Origin: a bacterium
GTDB taxonomy: Bacteria; SAR324; XYD2-FULL-50-16
Assembly (NCBI GenBank): GCA_032250835.1
Contig: JAVVEA010000016.1
Span: 21,845-85,844 of the forward strand
Direction: 5' to 3'
DNA length: 64,000 nucleotides
Positions within the stretch are counted from its first letter, which is position 1. The number at the start of each line of letters is the position of its first letter. Under the pieces are notes generated by a model, which ran no database searches, was not told the origin of the DNA, and was given only the letters and a program-made list of their open reading frames with translations. The position numbers and the translations under genes were made by a program. Positions 46,647-57,220 of this stretch are shown piece after piece.

Positions 46647-48170
46647 TTACAAGACGGCCAGCAAAACCCCCGCCGCCACCGCAGAACCGATTACGCCCGA
46701 TACGTTAGGGCCCATGGCGTGCATCAGCAAGAAATTCTGGCTGTTGGCTTCCAAGCCCACCTTATTGACCACCCTGGCCGCCATCGGCACCGCCGAAACA
46801 CCAGCGGCACCAATCAGCGGGTTGATCGGTTCCTTAGAAAACTTATTCATCAGCTTGGCCATCAAGACCCCGCCGCCGGTCCCCATAGAGAAAGCAACAG
46901 CGCCCAAAAGCAAGATACCTAAGGTCTCTAAGTTCAAGAACTTGTCCGCACTTAGCTTGCTGCCCACGGCGAAGCCTAAGAAGATGGTCACCGTGTTGAT
47001 CAAGGCGTTCTGGATGGTGTCCGAAAGCCGGTCAACCACACCCACTTCTTTGGCCAAGTTGCCGAACATAAACATACCGATCAACGGTGCCGCACTAGGC
47101 AACAGCGTACCGCAAATCCCCAGAACCAACAGCGGCAACATGATCTTCTCGACCTTCGAGACGTGCCGCAACTGCACCATCTTGATCTGGCGTTCTGCCG
47201 GGGTGGTGAAGAACTTCATGATCGGCGGCTGGATGATCGGTACCAAGGCCATATAAGAATAGGCCGCTACCGCAATAGAACCCAGCAAACGGGGGCTCAA
47301 TTGGCTAGAAAGGAAGATCGCCGTCGGTCCGTCGGCCCCGCCGATGATCCCGATAGAAGCGGCATCACGCAGCGAAAATTCAATACCCGGAATATAGTTG
47401 AGCAACAAAGCACCCAACAGGGTCGCAAAAATACCGATCTGGGCGGCTCCGCCCAACAAAGCAGTCTTCGGGTTGGCAATCATGGGGCCGAAATCAGTCA
47501 TAGCCCCCACACCCATAAAGATAAGCAGCGGGAAAACACCGGTGGTGATGCCGACTTCATAGGCGTAATACAAAATGCCCCCGGGCTCAGCGATCCCCGC
47601 CAAGGGAATGTTCGAGAGCACCGCGCCGAAACCAATCGGGATCAGCAGCAAAGGTTCAAAGCCGCGCGCAATCCCTAAGTAGAGCAACAAAAGCCCCACC
47701 GAGGTCATCAGCACCCGCCCCCAACCTTCGGTCCAATCCAGACGGTTGTTCCTAAGCAACGCAGCCACGCCGGTGGTTTCCCAAAGACTTTTAAACAGGC
47801 CTATCATGTCGGGCAACTGACGAGCCTGACCGGAAACGGCATGTTCGGAGACAATCGCCTGAGGAATGATCACTGCCAGCAGGTCACCGCGCTTAAACTT
47901 AAGATAAGGACTCATATCCATCAAGACCACCCGCCCGGCCTTACCGGCGCGTAGGGTGGTTTTGGAGCCGTCGCTCATCTTGAGCACCGCTAATTCATCG
48001 CCCGAAAAGACCGCCTGCTCCTTTTTGATGTATACATGAAGAACCTGCACATCGTCGGGCGCGACTAGGTGCATCGCGCCGTAATGCATACCGCCTTCAG
48101 GCATAGAAAGGCCCAACAGGGGCCAGAACAAGAGCAACAACCCCCACAACAAACTAATGCGTTTTGGCAT
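46647..48170 (-). CDS. oadB: Na+-translocating decarboxylase beta subunit with N-terminal extension
   Basis: [48 protein letters not shown]. Confidence 0.93.
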   Translation of the reverse strand: MPKRISLLWGLLLLFWPLLGLSMPEGGMHYGAMHLVAPDDVQVLHVYIKKEQAVFSGDELAVLKMSDGSKTTLRAGKAGRVVLMDMSPYLKFKRGDLLAVIIPQAIVSEHAVSGQARQLPDMIGLFKSLWETTGVAALLRNNRLDWTEGWGRVLMTSVGLLLLYLGIARGFEPLLLIPIGFGAVLSNIPLAGIAEPGGILYYAYEVGITTGVFPLLIFMGVGAMTDFGPMIANPKTALLGGAAQIGIFATLLGALLLNYIPGIEFSLRDAASIGIIGGADGPTAIFLSSQLSPRLLGSIAVAAYSYMALVPIIQPPIMKFFTTPAERQIKMVQLRHVSKVEKIMLPLLVLGICGTLLPSAAPLIGMFMFGNLAKEVGVVDRLSDTIQNALINTVTIFLGFAVGSKLSADKFLNLETLGILLLGAVAFSMGTGGGVLMAKLMNKFSKEPINPLIGAAGVSAVPMAARVVNKVGLEANSQNFLLMHAMGPNVSGVIGSAVAAGVLLAVL

Positions 48171-48180
48171 GATCGTCACC

Positions 48181-49953
48181 TTAAGCGATGGTTAATAGAG
48201 CGTCGCCTGACTGAACGTTCTCTTTTTCTGCCACATGGATTGCGGTGATCTTTCCCGCCTTAGGGGACTTGACCCCCGTTTCCATCTTCATGGCTTCCAT
48301 CACCAACAGCACTTGATCCGCTTCTACTTGGTCACCGACCGCTACCGCTAGGCTCATGATCGTACCGGGCGTACCGGCGGTAACGTCTTCACCTTCAGCC
48401 GAGGCCGCAGGTGCCGCGGCGGCGACCGGAGTCGCCGAATGGACCACCCCAGCGGGGCCTACTTGTACATTGTAAGACTTACCATCCACGCTGACCGTGT
48501 AAGCACGGATGTCGCCGTCCGCAGCGGCGCCTTTCTTGGCCGGAGCTTTGGCGGCTTCCGTCGATTTTTTGCGGATCGAAAGCTCCCCTTTGCCTTGCAG
48601 GAAGTCGAGGCCCTTACCTTCGCAAGAAGCGATGATGAAGATATTCTCGTCGTTCACTTCTAAGCCGTTGTCTTTTAAAATCTTGGTGGCCTTGGGCACA
48701 CCGGGCTCTAGCTCGTCTAGCGGGTCGCCGGTAAAGGGCTGTTTGCCTAACTGCTCAGAGGCGATCCGAACCACTTCGGGGTCCGGCGGGACCGGGGTCT
48801 TGCCGAAATAGCCTAAGACCATGTTGCCGTAAGAGGGGTTAATCTTCTTCCAGGGGCCTTGGGTGACGTTCATGAAGGCCTGCTGGAAGTAGAACTGGCT
48901 CACCGGGGTGACGCTGGTGCCGAAGCCGCCCTTGCGGACCACTTCGCCCATGGCTTTGATCACGTCTTTGTAGAGGTGCAGGGTGCCGGTGTCGCGCATC
49001 ATCATGGTGTTGGCGGTCAACGCGCCGCCGGGCATGGGGCTTAGAGGCACCGTGGGGCTGACCATCTTTGCTTCAGGGGGGATGAAGTAGTCTTTCATGC
49101 AGTCATCAAACACTTCTTCGGCGACTAGAATCTTTTCATAGTCCACATCCAGGGTCCATTCGGTGCCCTTAAGGGCATGCCACATGCTCAGGATGTCGGG
49201 CTGGGCCGTGCCGCCTGAACAGGGGCTTTTGGCCAAGTCGATCCCGTCGATGCCACCCTCGATGGCCGCCATGTATTGGGTTACCCCGACCCCCGCCGTA
49301 TCGTGGGAATGGAACCAAAGGGTGGTGCCTTCGGGCACCATTTTGCGCGCGCCCTTGATGGTCTCAAAGACCTTGCGGGGGTTAGCGGTGCCGCTGGCGT
49401 CTTTAAAGCAGATTGAATCAAAGGGCAGGCCCGAATCGAGAATTTGCTTTAGGCGGTCTAGGTAAAATTCCGTGGTGTGGGCTCCTTCGCAGCCCGGAGG
49501 CAGGTCCATCATCGAGACCACTACCTGATGTTTGAGGCCATGCGCGTGGATGCGCTCGGCAGAGTAAAGCAGGTTGTGGACGTCGTTGAGGGCGTCGAAG
49601 TTGCGGATGGTGGTCATGCCGTGTTTCTTGAACATCTTGGCATGTAAGTCGATGATGTCCTTGGGCTGTTGGCTCAAGGCGACCACGTTAATTCCCCGCG
49701 CCAGGGTCTGTAAGTTAGCGTCGGGACCGGCGGTGGCGCGGAATTGGTCCATCATGTCGAAGGCCGATTCCTGGCAATAGAAGAAAAGACTTTGGAAGCG
49801 AGCGCCGCCGCCAGCTTCGAAGTGGGTGATGCCCGCTGCTTTGGCTGCTTCGAGAGCCGGTAAAAAGTCTTTAGTCGCCACGCGGGCCCCAAAAACAGAC
49901 TGGAACCCGTCGCGGAAACTGGTGTCCATGAACTTGATAACCTTCTTGCCCAC
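48181..49953 (-). CDS. oadA: Oxaloacetate decarboxylase alpha-type carboxyltransferase with biotinyl domain
   Basis: RDGFQS, FKDASG, HSH, PGG, VTPVSQ, EAMKM; GTG start with AGGAGA RBS. Confidence 0.9.
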   Translation of the reverse strand: MGKKVIKFMDTSFRDGFQSVFGARVATKDFLPALEAAKAAGITHFEAGGGARFQSLFFYCQESAFDMMDQFRATAGPDANLQTLARGINVVALSQQPKDIIDLHAKMFKKHGMTTIRNFDALNDVHNLLYSAERIHAHGLKHQVVVSMMDLPPGCEGAHTTEFYLDRLKQILDSGLPFDSICFKDASGTANPRKVFETIKGARKMVPEGTTLWFHSHDTAGVGVTQYMAAIEGGIDGIDLAKSPCSGGTAQPDILSMWHALKGTEWTLDVDYEKILVAEEVFDDCMKDYFIPPEAKMVSPTVPLSPMPGGALTANTMMMRDTGTLHLYKDVIKAMGEVVRKGGFGTSVTPVSQFYFQQAFMNVTQGPWKKINPSYGNMVLGYFGKTPVPPDPEVVRIASEQLGKQPFTGDPLDELEPGVPKATKILKDNGLEVNDENIFIIASCEGKGLDFLQGKGELSIRKKSTEAAKAPAKKGAAADGDIRAYTVSVDGKSYNVQVGPAGVVHSATPVAAAAPAASAEGEDVTAGTPGTIMSLAVAVGDQVEADQVLLVMEAMKMETGVKSPKAGKITAIHVAEKENVQSGDALLTIA

Positions 49954-49961
49954 AGTCTCTC

Positions 49962-50225
49962 CTAGTTGGTGTTGCTGGTTTTCTGGTCGGCCTCGTAAGC
50001 CGAAACGGCGGCTGCGATCGCCGCCACGGGCACGCCGCCTTTACCTTTCTGCTTGGCGGCTTTCGCCGCACGGGCCAGGGCCATTTGCTCAATCTCCTGT
50101 GCGGCGTATTTTCTGGTTACTTTCGCCACTACTGTGATCAAAATGATCATCAGCGCCAAGAAGATAAATACGGTCGCCATGCCGGTGACCATGAGCTTCA
50201 GCCCTTCTATAAGCTGCTGTTCCAT
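49962..50225 (-). CDS. oadG: Decarboxylase gamma subunit
   Basis: GLKLMVTGMATVF TM helix and VAAIAAAV motif; upstream of oadA. Confidence 0.88.
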   Translation of the reverse strand: MEQQLIEGLKLMVTGMATVFIFLALMIILITVVAKVTRKYAAQEIEQMALARAAKAAKQKGKGGVPVAAIAAAVSAYEADQKTSNTN

Positions 50226-50400
50226 ATGGGGTTTCTCCCGTAGGGTTGTCGCTTTCAAGGGCGCACTATGGATTGAATAGAGCGCACAGGAAGCGTTCCA
50301 GCAACCTATAACCGACCTATTGAATACTGTAAACTAATATGAGGTCTAATTGGTTACTGCGTTGCCGCTTCTGTAAAGCATGCAACAGACAACTAGGCCC

Positions 50401-50961
50401 TCAAGCTAGCCCCAAACGAGCTAAAAGCTGTTTGGCGGTCCCCCTTACCGAGGGACTCGCGCCTAGGCTTGCCCTGAATAATATGGGGGCAAGAGTTTGC
50501 TTTAGTGGCGGGTGGACCCTACCTAATTGATACATACCTTGCAGGCTAGTGAACACCAAAACTTGGCTATTGTCAGAAAGGTTAGCCTCCAATTGGCTAA
50601 AAACCCTTTGGGCCCCTTTAGGCTCACTGACCAAAAAGGGGGCAATCTTGGCGAAAGCCCAACGGCACCGGATCTCTGAATAATCCGCTAGGGGCCCCAA
50701 GACTTGGGCGGCATAGGGCTCTAGCGCTTCGGGCCAGGCCTCAAACAACCGAAACAACAAATCCCCGCCGCGGATACGGGCAAAGGGACGGTCTTTAGCC
50801 AAGGCACTAAAAAGAGGGAGCAAATCGGGCAAGGGGCCGGTTTGCAGTTTTTTTACAAGTGCCACTACCTCCGCTTTGAGGGGCCTAGCAGGGACAGCCA
50901 GCCAGGGAGTCAACCAAAGGGTCCTTGCGTCGTTCTTGTCGGTTGATCTATTATGTTTCAA
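50401..50961 (-). CDS. Hypothetical helical-repeat (HEAT-like) protein; start uncertain
   Basis: Leu/Ala-rich helical ORF; its longest form would overlap the pta start. Confidence 0.45.
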   Translation of the reverse strand: MKHNRSTDKNDARTLWLTPWLAVPARPLKAEVVALVKKLQTGPLPDLLPLFSALAKDRPFARIRGGDLLFRLFEAWPEALEPYAAQVLGPLADYSEIRCRWAFAKIAPFLVSEPKGAQRVFSQLEANLSDNSQVLVFTSLQGMYQLGRVHPPLKQTLAPILFRASLGASPSVRGTAKQLLARLGLA

Positions 50962-50984
50962 AACCCAAACCTTTTGGAAACAAA

Positions 50985-53117
50985 ATGGCTTCAAATCTAT
51001 ACATTTCGGCCCTAGAGGCAAAGAGTGGGAAATCCCTGATTGCCCTGGGCGTCATGGAAATGTTGGTCCGTAAGCTTGAGCGGGTCGCTTTTTTCAAGCC
51101 CATAGTCAACCTGAAACCGGGCCGCCCCGACAAGGACATCAAGCTAATCCAAGAGCACTTCCACCTCAACCTGCCCCATGAGCGGATGTACGCCTACAGC
51201 GCCGAGGAAGCCAGCCGCCTGATTGCAGGCGGCCGCCACGAAGTGCTGCTTGAGGGTATTTTAAACAGATATTCCCAATTGGCTCAAGACCATGATTTTG
51301 TCTTATGTTTAGGCAGCGACTACGAAGGGATCACCAAGGCCTATGAGTTCGACTTCAACGCCGAAATCGCCTTAAACCTTTCGGCACCCATGCTGTTGGT
51401 TGCCAAGGTGCTGCACAAAGGGATGGAAGAGGTTCAAGACAGCTGCCGGGTGGCGCTGGAGACCTATGCCGAAAAGGGCTGCGAGGTTTTAGGGGTGATT
51501 TTGAACCAATGTGACCATGAGGTTCAAGAATCCTGCCTGTTGAGTTTACGCAGCGAGCTAAAGGACCGAGTGGAGCTGATCTACGCTCTTCCCAACGAGC
51601 CCAAGCTGAGCCGCGCAAACATGGCCGAAGTGGCCGAGCATTTAGGGGCCCAGGTTCTTTTTGGCGCAAGCCAACTCAACCGCCCGGTCGGTCATTACGA
51701 GGTGGCGGGCATGCAACTGCGCCACTTTCTGCCCCGGATCATGGAAAACAGCCTGATTGTCACGCCCGGTGACCGGCTGGACATTATTTTAGGTTGCTTG
51801 GCCAGTTTTAAGTCGAAAAGCATGCCCAACCCCGGCGGGATCGTCTTGACCGAGGGACTCATGCCCGATGCGTCCTTGCATCACTTGATTGAAGGGATCG
51901 ACGACCTGATGCCGATTTTGCTAACCGACGGGGAAACCTATGAAACCGCCGCCAAGCTCAGCCGCATCCACACCGGATTGGGCCTGGAAAATCCCGCCAA
52001 AATCGCCAAGGCCCTGGGCCTGTTCTCTACTTATGTAGATGTAGAAGCGCTGTCCGAAAAGGCGATCAACTACTGCACCCGCACGGTCACGCCCAAGATG
52101 TTTGAGTTCGGCTTGATCCAAACCGCCGCCGCCGACCAGCAGCATATTGTTTTACCCGAAGGCGAAGACGAGCGCATCTTGCAGGCCGCCGAAATCCTGC
52201 ACCAGCGGCAAGTGGCCCGTTTCACCCTGCTGGGCGATCCGGAATTGGTCAAAGAGCGGATCGGTAAGTTGGGCCTCCACTTAGAGGGCGTGCCCATCCT
52301 CAAGCCCGAAGAGGCCCCCCAGTTTGACGACTACGTCAAAGAATTTATGCGCATCCGCGCCCACAAACAGCCCACCGAAGAGCAGGCCCGCGACATCATG
52401 CGCGACGTCAGCTACTTCGGCACCATGATGGTGCAATTGGGCGACGCCGATGGAATGGTCAGCGGTGCCGCCCATTCAACGATGCACACCATCCGTCCGG
52501 GCTTTGAGTTGATCAAAACCCAGCCGGGCTGCTCCCTGGTTTCCAGCGTCTTTTTGATGTGTTTGGCCGACCGAGTCTTAGTCTATGGTGACTGCGCCGT
52601 GAACCCAAACCCCAACAGCGAACAACTAGCCGAAATCGCCATCAGCAGCGCCCAAACGGCCCGCGCCTTTGACATCGAGCCCAAAATAGCCATGCTGAGC
52701 TACTCTACCGGAGAATCGGGCAAGGGTGAAGACGTAGATCAGGTCCGCAAGGCCACGGAGATCGTCAAACAGCGGGCCCCGGAATTATTGGTCGAAGGTC
52801 CGATCCAATATGACGCCGCCGTGGACCGGTCGGTGGGCCAATCGAAGATGCCCGGCAGCCAAGTAGCCGGGCAGGCCACGGTCTTTATTTTCCCGGACCT
52901 CAACACCGGCAACAACACTTACAAGGCGGTGCAGCGAAGTGCCGGGGCGGTGGCCATCGGCCCGATCTTGCAGGGCCTAAACAAGCCGATCAACGACTTA
53001 AGCCGAGGTTGTCTGGTCGCCGATGTGATCAACACCATCGCCATCACCTGCATCCAGGCGCAACACGGCAAAAAGGCCGCCTCGGCCCCAGACTCAGCGG
53101 TCGAAAATTATCTATAA
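50985..53117 (+). CDS. pta: Phosphate acetyltransferase, long form with DRTGG domain
   Basis: SGKS P-loop-like start, TPGDR, VLPEG, GDCAVN, GPIQYDAA, DLSRG. Confidence 0.95.
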   Translation: MASNLYISALEAKSGKSLIALGVMEMLVRKLERVAFFKPIVNLKPGRPDKDIKLIQEHFHLNLPHERMYAYSAEEASRLIAGGRHEVLLEGILNRYSQLAQDHDFVLCLGSDYEGITKAYEFDFNAEIALNLSAPMLLVAKVLHKGMEEVQDSCRVALETYAEKGCEVLGVILNQCDHEVQESCLLSLRSELKDRVELIYALPNEPKLSRANMAEVAEHLGAQVLFGASQLNRPVGHYEVAGMQLRHFLPRIMENSLIVTPGDRLDIILGCLASFKSKSMPNPGGIVLTEGLMPDASLHHLIEGIDDLMPILLTDGETYETAAKLSRIHTGLGLENPAKIAKALGLFSTYVDVEALSEKAINYCTRTVTPKMFEFGLIQTAAADQQHIVLPEGEDERILQAAEILHQRQVARFTLLGDPELVKERIGKLGLHLEGVPILKPEEAPQFDDYVKEFMRIRAHKQPTEEQARDIMRDVSYFGTMMVQLGDADGMVSGAAHSTMHTIRPGFELIKTQPGCSLVSSVFLMCLADRVLVYGDCAVNPNPNSEQLAEIAISSAQTARAFDIEPKIAMLSYSTGESGKGEDVDQVRKATEIVKQRAPELLVEGPIQYDAAVDRSVGQSKMPGSQVAGQATVFIFPDLNTGNNTYKAVQRSAGAVAIGPILQGLNKPINDLSRGCLVADVINTIAITCIQAQHGKKAASAPDSAVENYL

Positions 53118-53139
53118 TCTAACCGCGAATAGCTGAAAC

Positions 53140-53580
53140 ATGACCTCAAGCAAACCGGTAGAAGCCTTTTTTTACGGCCTGTATATGGACCCAGATATTT
53201 TGGGCCCCTTGGGTGTTGTTGCCCTTAATCCTCGTCTAGCCGAGGCCCAGGGATACCGACTAGACCTGCGGGGCGGCAAGGCCAAAATAATCCCCGAGGC
53301 GGGAGCCTCGACCTGGGGCCTGACCTTTGAGCTATCGCCCTCAGACCTCAAGTCGCTCTACCGCACCGAGGCAACCCAAGGCTACGCCCCCTTTGAACTT
53401 TTCGTGACCGGTCCCGACGGAACCCAAAGGCCCGTGAGCTGTTACAACCTGCCGCTGGACCCTCAAGCCCCTGCGGATTCAGTCTATCTGGCCAAGCTGT
53501 TACCGGTAGCCCGTAAGTTGGGATTGCCGGCCGAATACCTAAGTTTTTTAGACAACCTATCTAACCCCACCTCCCCCTAG
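53140..53580 (+). CDS. Gamma-glutamylcyclotransferase-like protein
   Basis: FFYGLYM N-terminal motif, TWG, GLPAEY. Confidence 0.75.
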   Translation: MTSSKPVEAFFYGLYMDPDILGPLGVVALNPRLAEAQGYRLDLRGGKAKIIPEAGASTWGLTFELSPSDLKSLYRTEATQGYAPFELFVTGPDGTQRPVSCYNLPLDPQAPADSVYLAKLLPVARKLGLPAEYLSFLDNLSNPTSP

Positions 53581-53583
53581 TTT

Positions 53584-54771
53584 ATGAAAACCCTGGTCCT
53601 CAACTGCGGCAGTTCGTCCATCAAATATCAATTTTATCAGGGTGAAGAGGTCCTGGCCAAGGGCTTGGCCGAGCAGATCGGCGAAGGGGCCGGGCACTTG
53701 GTTTACCAAACCCAAGGCGCAGACCTACAGCGCCAAAACCCGCTTAAAGACCACCACCAGGCCTTAGAAGAGATTTTGGCCCTTCTGGTGGACCCGAAGG
53801 TCGGCGTGATCAAAGACCGCAAGGATTTGGACTGCGTGGGCCACCGGGTGGTGCATGGCGGCGAAAGGTTCAAGCAGCCGGTGGCCATCGATTCGGTGGT
53901 TTTACAGGCGATCCGCGCTTGCATCCCCCTGGCCCCGCTGCACAACCCCGCTAATATTGAAGGGATCGAAACGGCCATGGTGGTCTTCCCGAGGGCCAAG
54001 CAAATCGCCGTCTTCGACACTGCCTTCCACCAAAGCATCCCCGAACGGGCTTATCGTTACGCGCTGCCCGAGGACCATTATAAAAAACTGGGCGTGCGCC
54101 GCTACGGCTTCCACGGCACCAGCCACAAGTATGTAGCCCACCGGGCCGCTGAATTCCTGGGCAAGCCCCTCGAAGCATTAAAATTGATCACCCTGCACTT
54201 GGGCAACGGCAGCAGCATGGCCGCCATTGACCGGGGCCAGTGCATCGACACCAGCATGGGCATGACACCCCTAGAAGGTTTGGTGATGGGTACGCGCTGC
54301 GGCGACCTGGACCCGGCCATCCCCCTGTTTTTGTCCACCCACTTAGGGTTGGACATGAAAGAGGTGGATCAGTTGCTCAACAAAAAGGCGGGATTTAAAG
54401 GCATGACCGGCCACAATGACTTAAGGACCATCGAAGCCGAATACGGCGAAGGAAACGAGGCGGCCATCCGGGCCCTGGACCTAGCCGCCTACCGCATCAA
54501 GAAGTATATCGGAGCCTACTGGGCAGCCCTAGGCGGCCTCGACGCCCTCGTCTTCACCGCCGGAATCGGCGAAAACTCCGTCTTAACCCGCAAGCTCGCC
54601 CTAGAGGGCTTAGAGGGCCTAGGCATCCACCTAGACCCCAAACTCAACGCAAAGCCCAAGGGCCCCGCCATTTCCACCAAAGCCTCACCCGTGTCGGTCC
54701 TAGTGGTCCCCACCAACGAGGAATTGCAGATTGTTAGGGAGGTTGGCTCGTTAACAAAAATTACACTATAA
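53584..54771 (+). CDS. ackA: Acetate kinase
   Basis: LNCGSSSIK, GHRVVHGG, GFHGTSH, HLGNG, AGIGEN, TNEE. Confidence 0.96.
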   Translation: MKTLVLNCGSSSIKYQFYQGEEVLAKGLAEQIGEGAGHLVYQTQGADLQRQNPLKDHHQALEEILALLVDPKVGVIKDRKDLDCVGHRVVHGGERFKQPVAIDSVVLQAIRACIPLAPLHNPANIEGIETAMVVFPRAKQIAVFDTAFHQSIPERAYRYALPEDHYKKLGVRRYGFHGTSHKYVAHRAAEFLGKPLEALKLITLHLGNGSSMAAIDRGQCIDTSMGMTPLEGLVMGTRCGDLDPAIPLFLSTHLGLDMKEVDQLLNKKAGFKGMTGHNDLRTIEAEYGEGNEAAIRALDLAAYRIKKYIGAYWAALGGLDALVFTAGIGENSVLTRKLALEGLEGLGIHLDPKLNAKPKGPAISTKASPVSVLVVPTNEELQIVREVGSLTKITL

Positions 54772-54832
54772 AACAAGATTGATTTTTCAATTACAATAAT
54801 ATCGGGTACACTTGAATTACTGGAGAACACCA

Positions 54833-55384
54833 ATGAAAGAAAGCAAAACCATGGAAATCGAAAAATACCAAGAAGCTGTTGAACACATTGCCGAAAATCA
54901 TAAGAATGTTTTTTTTGAAAATCGCGGAAGTGACCACGCGTCTATTGTATTGGCAAACTTGATCCGACACTCCAAAGAAGAAGTGAAAATTTTTACTGAG
55001 AAATTGGACGACGTTGTTTTTTCTTTAGCTGCCTGCGAAGATTCATTGGAAGACTTTATTAATAAGTCCGAGAAAAAAATGCAGGTTTTACTGGAAAAGC
55101 AACCCGAGGTCATGTCTTCCGCGCTGAAAAAGGTCATGGACGCCAAGAAAAAATATCCTTCTAGATTTCAAATTAAAATAGCCACACAGGAATGTTTAGA
55201 CGCCATGCATGAAACTTTTGAAGGCATGGGACATTTCGCACTTGCCGACAACTCTTCGTACAGAATTGAAGTTGACTGTAAGAATTTTAAAGCAATTTGC
55301 AATTTCAACGACCCCAAGTTGGTATCAGGATTCTCGAAGCTATTTAGTCATTTCTTTAACAAAGCGCCCATTTATTCTGCCTAA
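54833..55384 (+). CDS. AT-rich hypothetical protein, possibly PLD-like fold without an HKD motif
   Basis: GGAGA RBS; pattern SKEEVKIF...QVLL...HFALAD.SYRIE...AICNFND. Confidence 0.7.
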   Translation: MKESKTMEIEKYQEAVEHIAENHKNVFFENRGSDHASIVLANLIRHSKEEVKIFTEKLDDVVFSLAACEDSLEDFINKSEKKMQVLLEKQPEVMSSALKKVMDAKKKYPSRFQIKIATQECLDAMHETFEGMGHFALADNSSYRIEVDCKNFKAICNFNDPKLVSGFSKLFSHFFNKAPIYSA

Positions 55385-55411
55385 AATTTCTGCTCTACCA
55401 ATTCAAACCAA

Positions 55412-56203
55412 ATGCTAACACCTTTTTCTTCGCTGCTGGAAGTCTCAGTCGCTCTAAATTTGGCATGCATGTCAAGCAAAGTAAGAACGTTTCTTTCAGG
55501 CGAGGTAATAAATCGTTCCGAAGATATTAAAGAAAAAGCCATCGCAAGGATCGACCAAATTCACGAAGACATAGATCAGGGCCTTGAAGTTTTGGAGGGG
55601 GTGGACCAAAACCAAAAAGACAGTTTACTCAAAAGACTAGATCTGGAAAGAACAAAAATTAAAACAGCTGCCAAAAATCTGGCAGAAAGCATTGACGGTA
55701 CTGAAGACGCCATTCTAGGCAGGTTTAGAAACCACTTTATTTTTGCCACATTTGTGAGTTTGTTTGGATTGATACTGCTTGGCCTTGAAAACGATGCTTA
55801 TACAGGAGCAGCCTCCACGCTTTTTTGGACTGACATAGTAATTAGCATCATTTATTTGCTCCCCCTCACCAGAATCAAATTCACTATACATCTCGCGATC
55901 TATTCTCCGATAGCTGTTATCACGGTTCATACATTTTCATTCTTTAAGACAACATATCTCCCTAGCATCTTGCCAACCTCGTTGGGGGCCATTTGGTTTC
56001 TCCTTTTGGCTTTTTGCCCCATCCTTTTAAGCTTTTTCAAATCAATTTATAGCGTTATATCTGCATTTAGTATTTTTAAAACCGCAGATCGAGAATCTGA
56101 AAAATTACAAAAGAGCTTTCAAGTTCTCCAAGACTCAAACCTTGAAGCTGTTCACGCCAGAGCGAAGGCTATTGAAGCCGCAGAAAAACTGTGTGACCAT
56201 TAA
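55412..56203 (+). CDS. AT-rich membrane protein with coiled coil and about 4 TM helices
   Basis: Charged helical N-half followed by four hydrophobic stretches. Confidence 0.7.
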   Translation: MLTPFSSLLEVSVALNLACMSSKVRTFLSGEVINRSEDIKEKAIARIDQIHEDIDQGLEVLEGVDQNQKDSLLKRLDLERTKIKTAAKNLAESIDGTEDAILGRFRNHFIFATFVSLFGLILLGLENDAYTGAASTLFWTDIVISIIYLLPLTRIKFTIHLAIYSPIAVITVHTFSFFKTTYLPSILPTSLGAIWFLLLAFCPILLSFFKSIYSVISAFSIFKTADRESEKLQKSFQVLQDSNLEAVHARAKAIEAAEKLCDH

Positions 56204-56239
56204 GCCTGCCGCTCTCAAGCCCGTTCTATCGCAACTAAG

Positions 56240-56268
56240 TTCACCATCATAGCCCAATGGGCTACTAT
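56240..56268 (+). promoter_or_regulatory. TA operon promoter with operator palindrome
   Basis: TTCACC-17 bp-TACTAT with TAGCCCA-A-TGGGCTA (56250-56264) in the spacer. Confidence 0.65.
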
Positions 56269-56275
56269 TTGATGC

Positions 56276-56577
56276 ATGGAAGTAATCGCGACTTCGGTCT
56301 TTGCCAAACAAATTAACAAACTGATTTCGGCTGAAGACTTTAAAGCACTTAAAACAGCTTTAATGGAGCGGCCTAATCAAGCCCCAGTCATACCTGGAAC
56401 TGGTGGAGCCAGGAAATTAAGATGGGCTATTCAAGGTCGAGGTAAACCTGGTGGGATTCGGGTGATCCATTATGTTAAAACCCGATCAGGAAGGATATAT
56501 CTGCTTTTCGCATACAAAAGTCAGACCAAGAAAACCTCACTTCAGATCAAAAAAAGATGCTCAAGCAGGGGGAATGA
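56276..56577 (+). pseudogene. RelE/HigB-family toxin with an apparent 1-nt deletion near 56516
   Basis: IPGTGGARKLRW...GKPGGIRVI; the family-like tail KSDQENLTSDQKKMLK is in another frame and ends at TGA 56575-56577. Confidence 0.75.
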
Positions 56578-56883
56578 ATGGACGAGAAGCTTTTTAAGGA
56601 ACTCTGCGAAAGCGTTGAAGAGGCGATTCTGATCGACCAGGGGCGGTTGGAAGGGGCGGAAGTGGTGTTTGGGAGTACGGGGATTAACGTGGCGGCGATC
56701 CGCAAGCGCTACAAGCTTTCGCAGCCCAAGTTTGCCCAACTCTTGGGCGTAAGCGTCAACAGTCTGCGTAACTGGGAACAGGGCAAACGCCAGCCGACCG
56801 GCCCGGCCCGCACGCTGCTCAAAGTTGCCGCGCTGCACCCCAGCGCCTTGATCGACGCGGTGGAATTTAAGGTAACCCCTTAG
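56578..56883 (+). CDS. Xre/HigA-type HTH antitoxin
   Basis: LSQPKFAQLLGVSVNSLRNWEQGKRQPTGPA. Confidence 0.9.
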   Translation: MDEKLFKELCESVEEAILIDQGRLEGAEVVFGSTGINVAAIRKRYKLSQPKFAQLLGVSVNSLRNWEQGKRQPTGPARTLLKVAALHPSALIDAVEFKVTP

Positions 56884-56938
56884 TTTTAATTACCCCGACT
56901 TCCAACCTACCGGACTGCTGCCCTATTAAACTTTGCGA

Positions 56939-57148
56939 TCACTCCGCGAACCCCAACCAAGCCTGTTCCTCGCCGCTCAGGGCTTCTGGTGCCGCGGCGG
57001 CCAAGGCTTCGGCCCAGCCCTGTCGGGGTGTTTTGGGGTCCAGTTTTAAGGTGACCCGGTCACCCAAATTAAATAAACCTGCCACCTGCTCGGGCAGGAT
57101 GATCCCTCTGGAATTCCCTATTTTTTGGATCTCAACGTCTATTTTCAT
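56939..57148 (-). CDS. AbrB/MazE-family antitoxin-like protein (orphan)
   Basis: KIGNSRGIILP and PRQGWAEA motifs; AGGGAG RBS. Confidence 0.8.
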   Translation of the reverse strand: MKIDVEIQKIGNSRGIILPEQVAGLFNLGDRVTLKLDPKTPRQGWAEALAAAAPEALSGEEQAWLGFAE

Positions 57149-57220
57149 CTGTAACTCCCTTGGCAATCATTCCAAGCTCAGGCGGCTCTAAAATACCCAC
57201 CCAGTAAAACCCCTTCAAAG

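Noticed and set aside
54700-57220. Integrated element with att repeats at the ackA 3' end
   Set aside because: No integrase or transposase, and no duplicated ackA end found by eye
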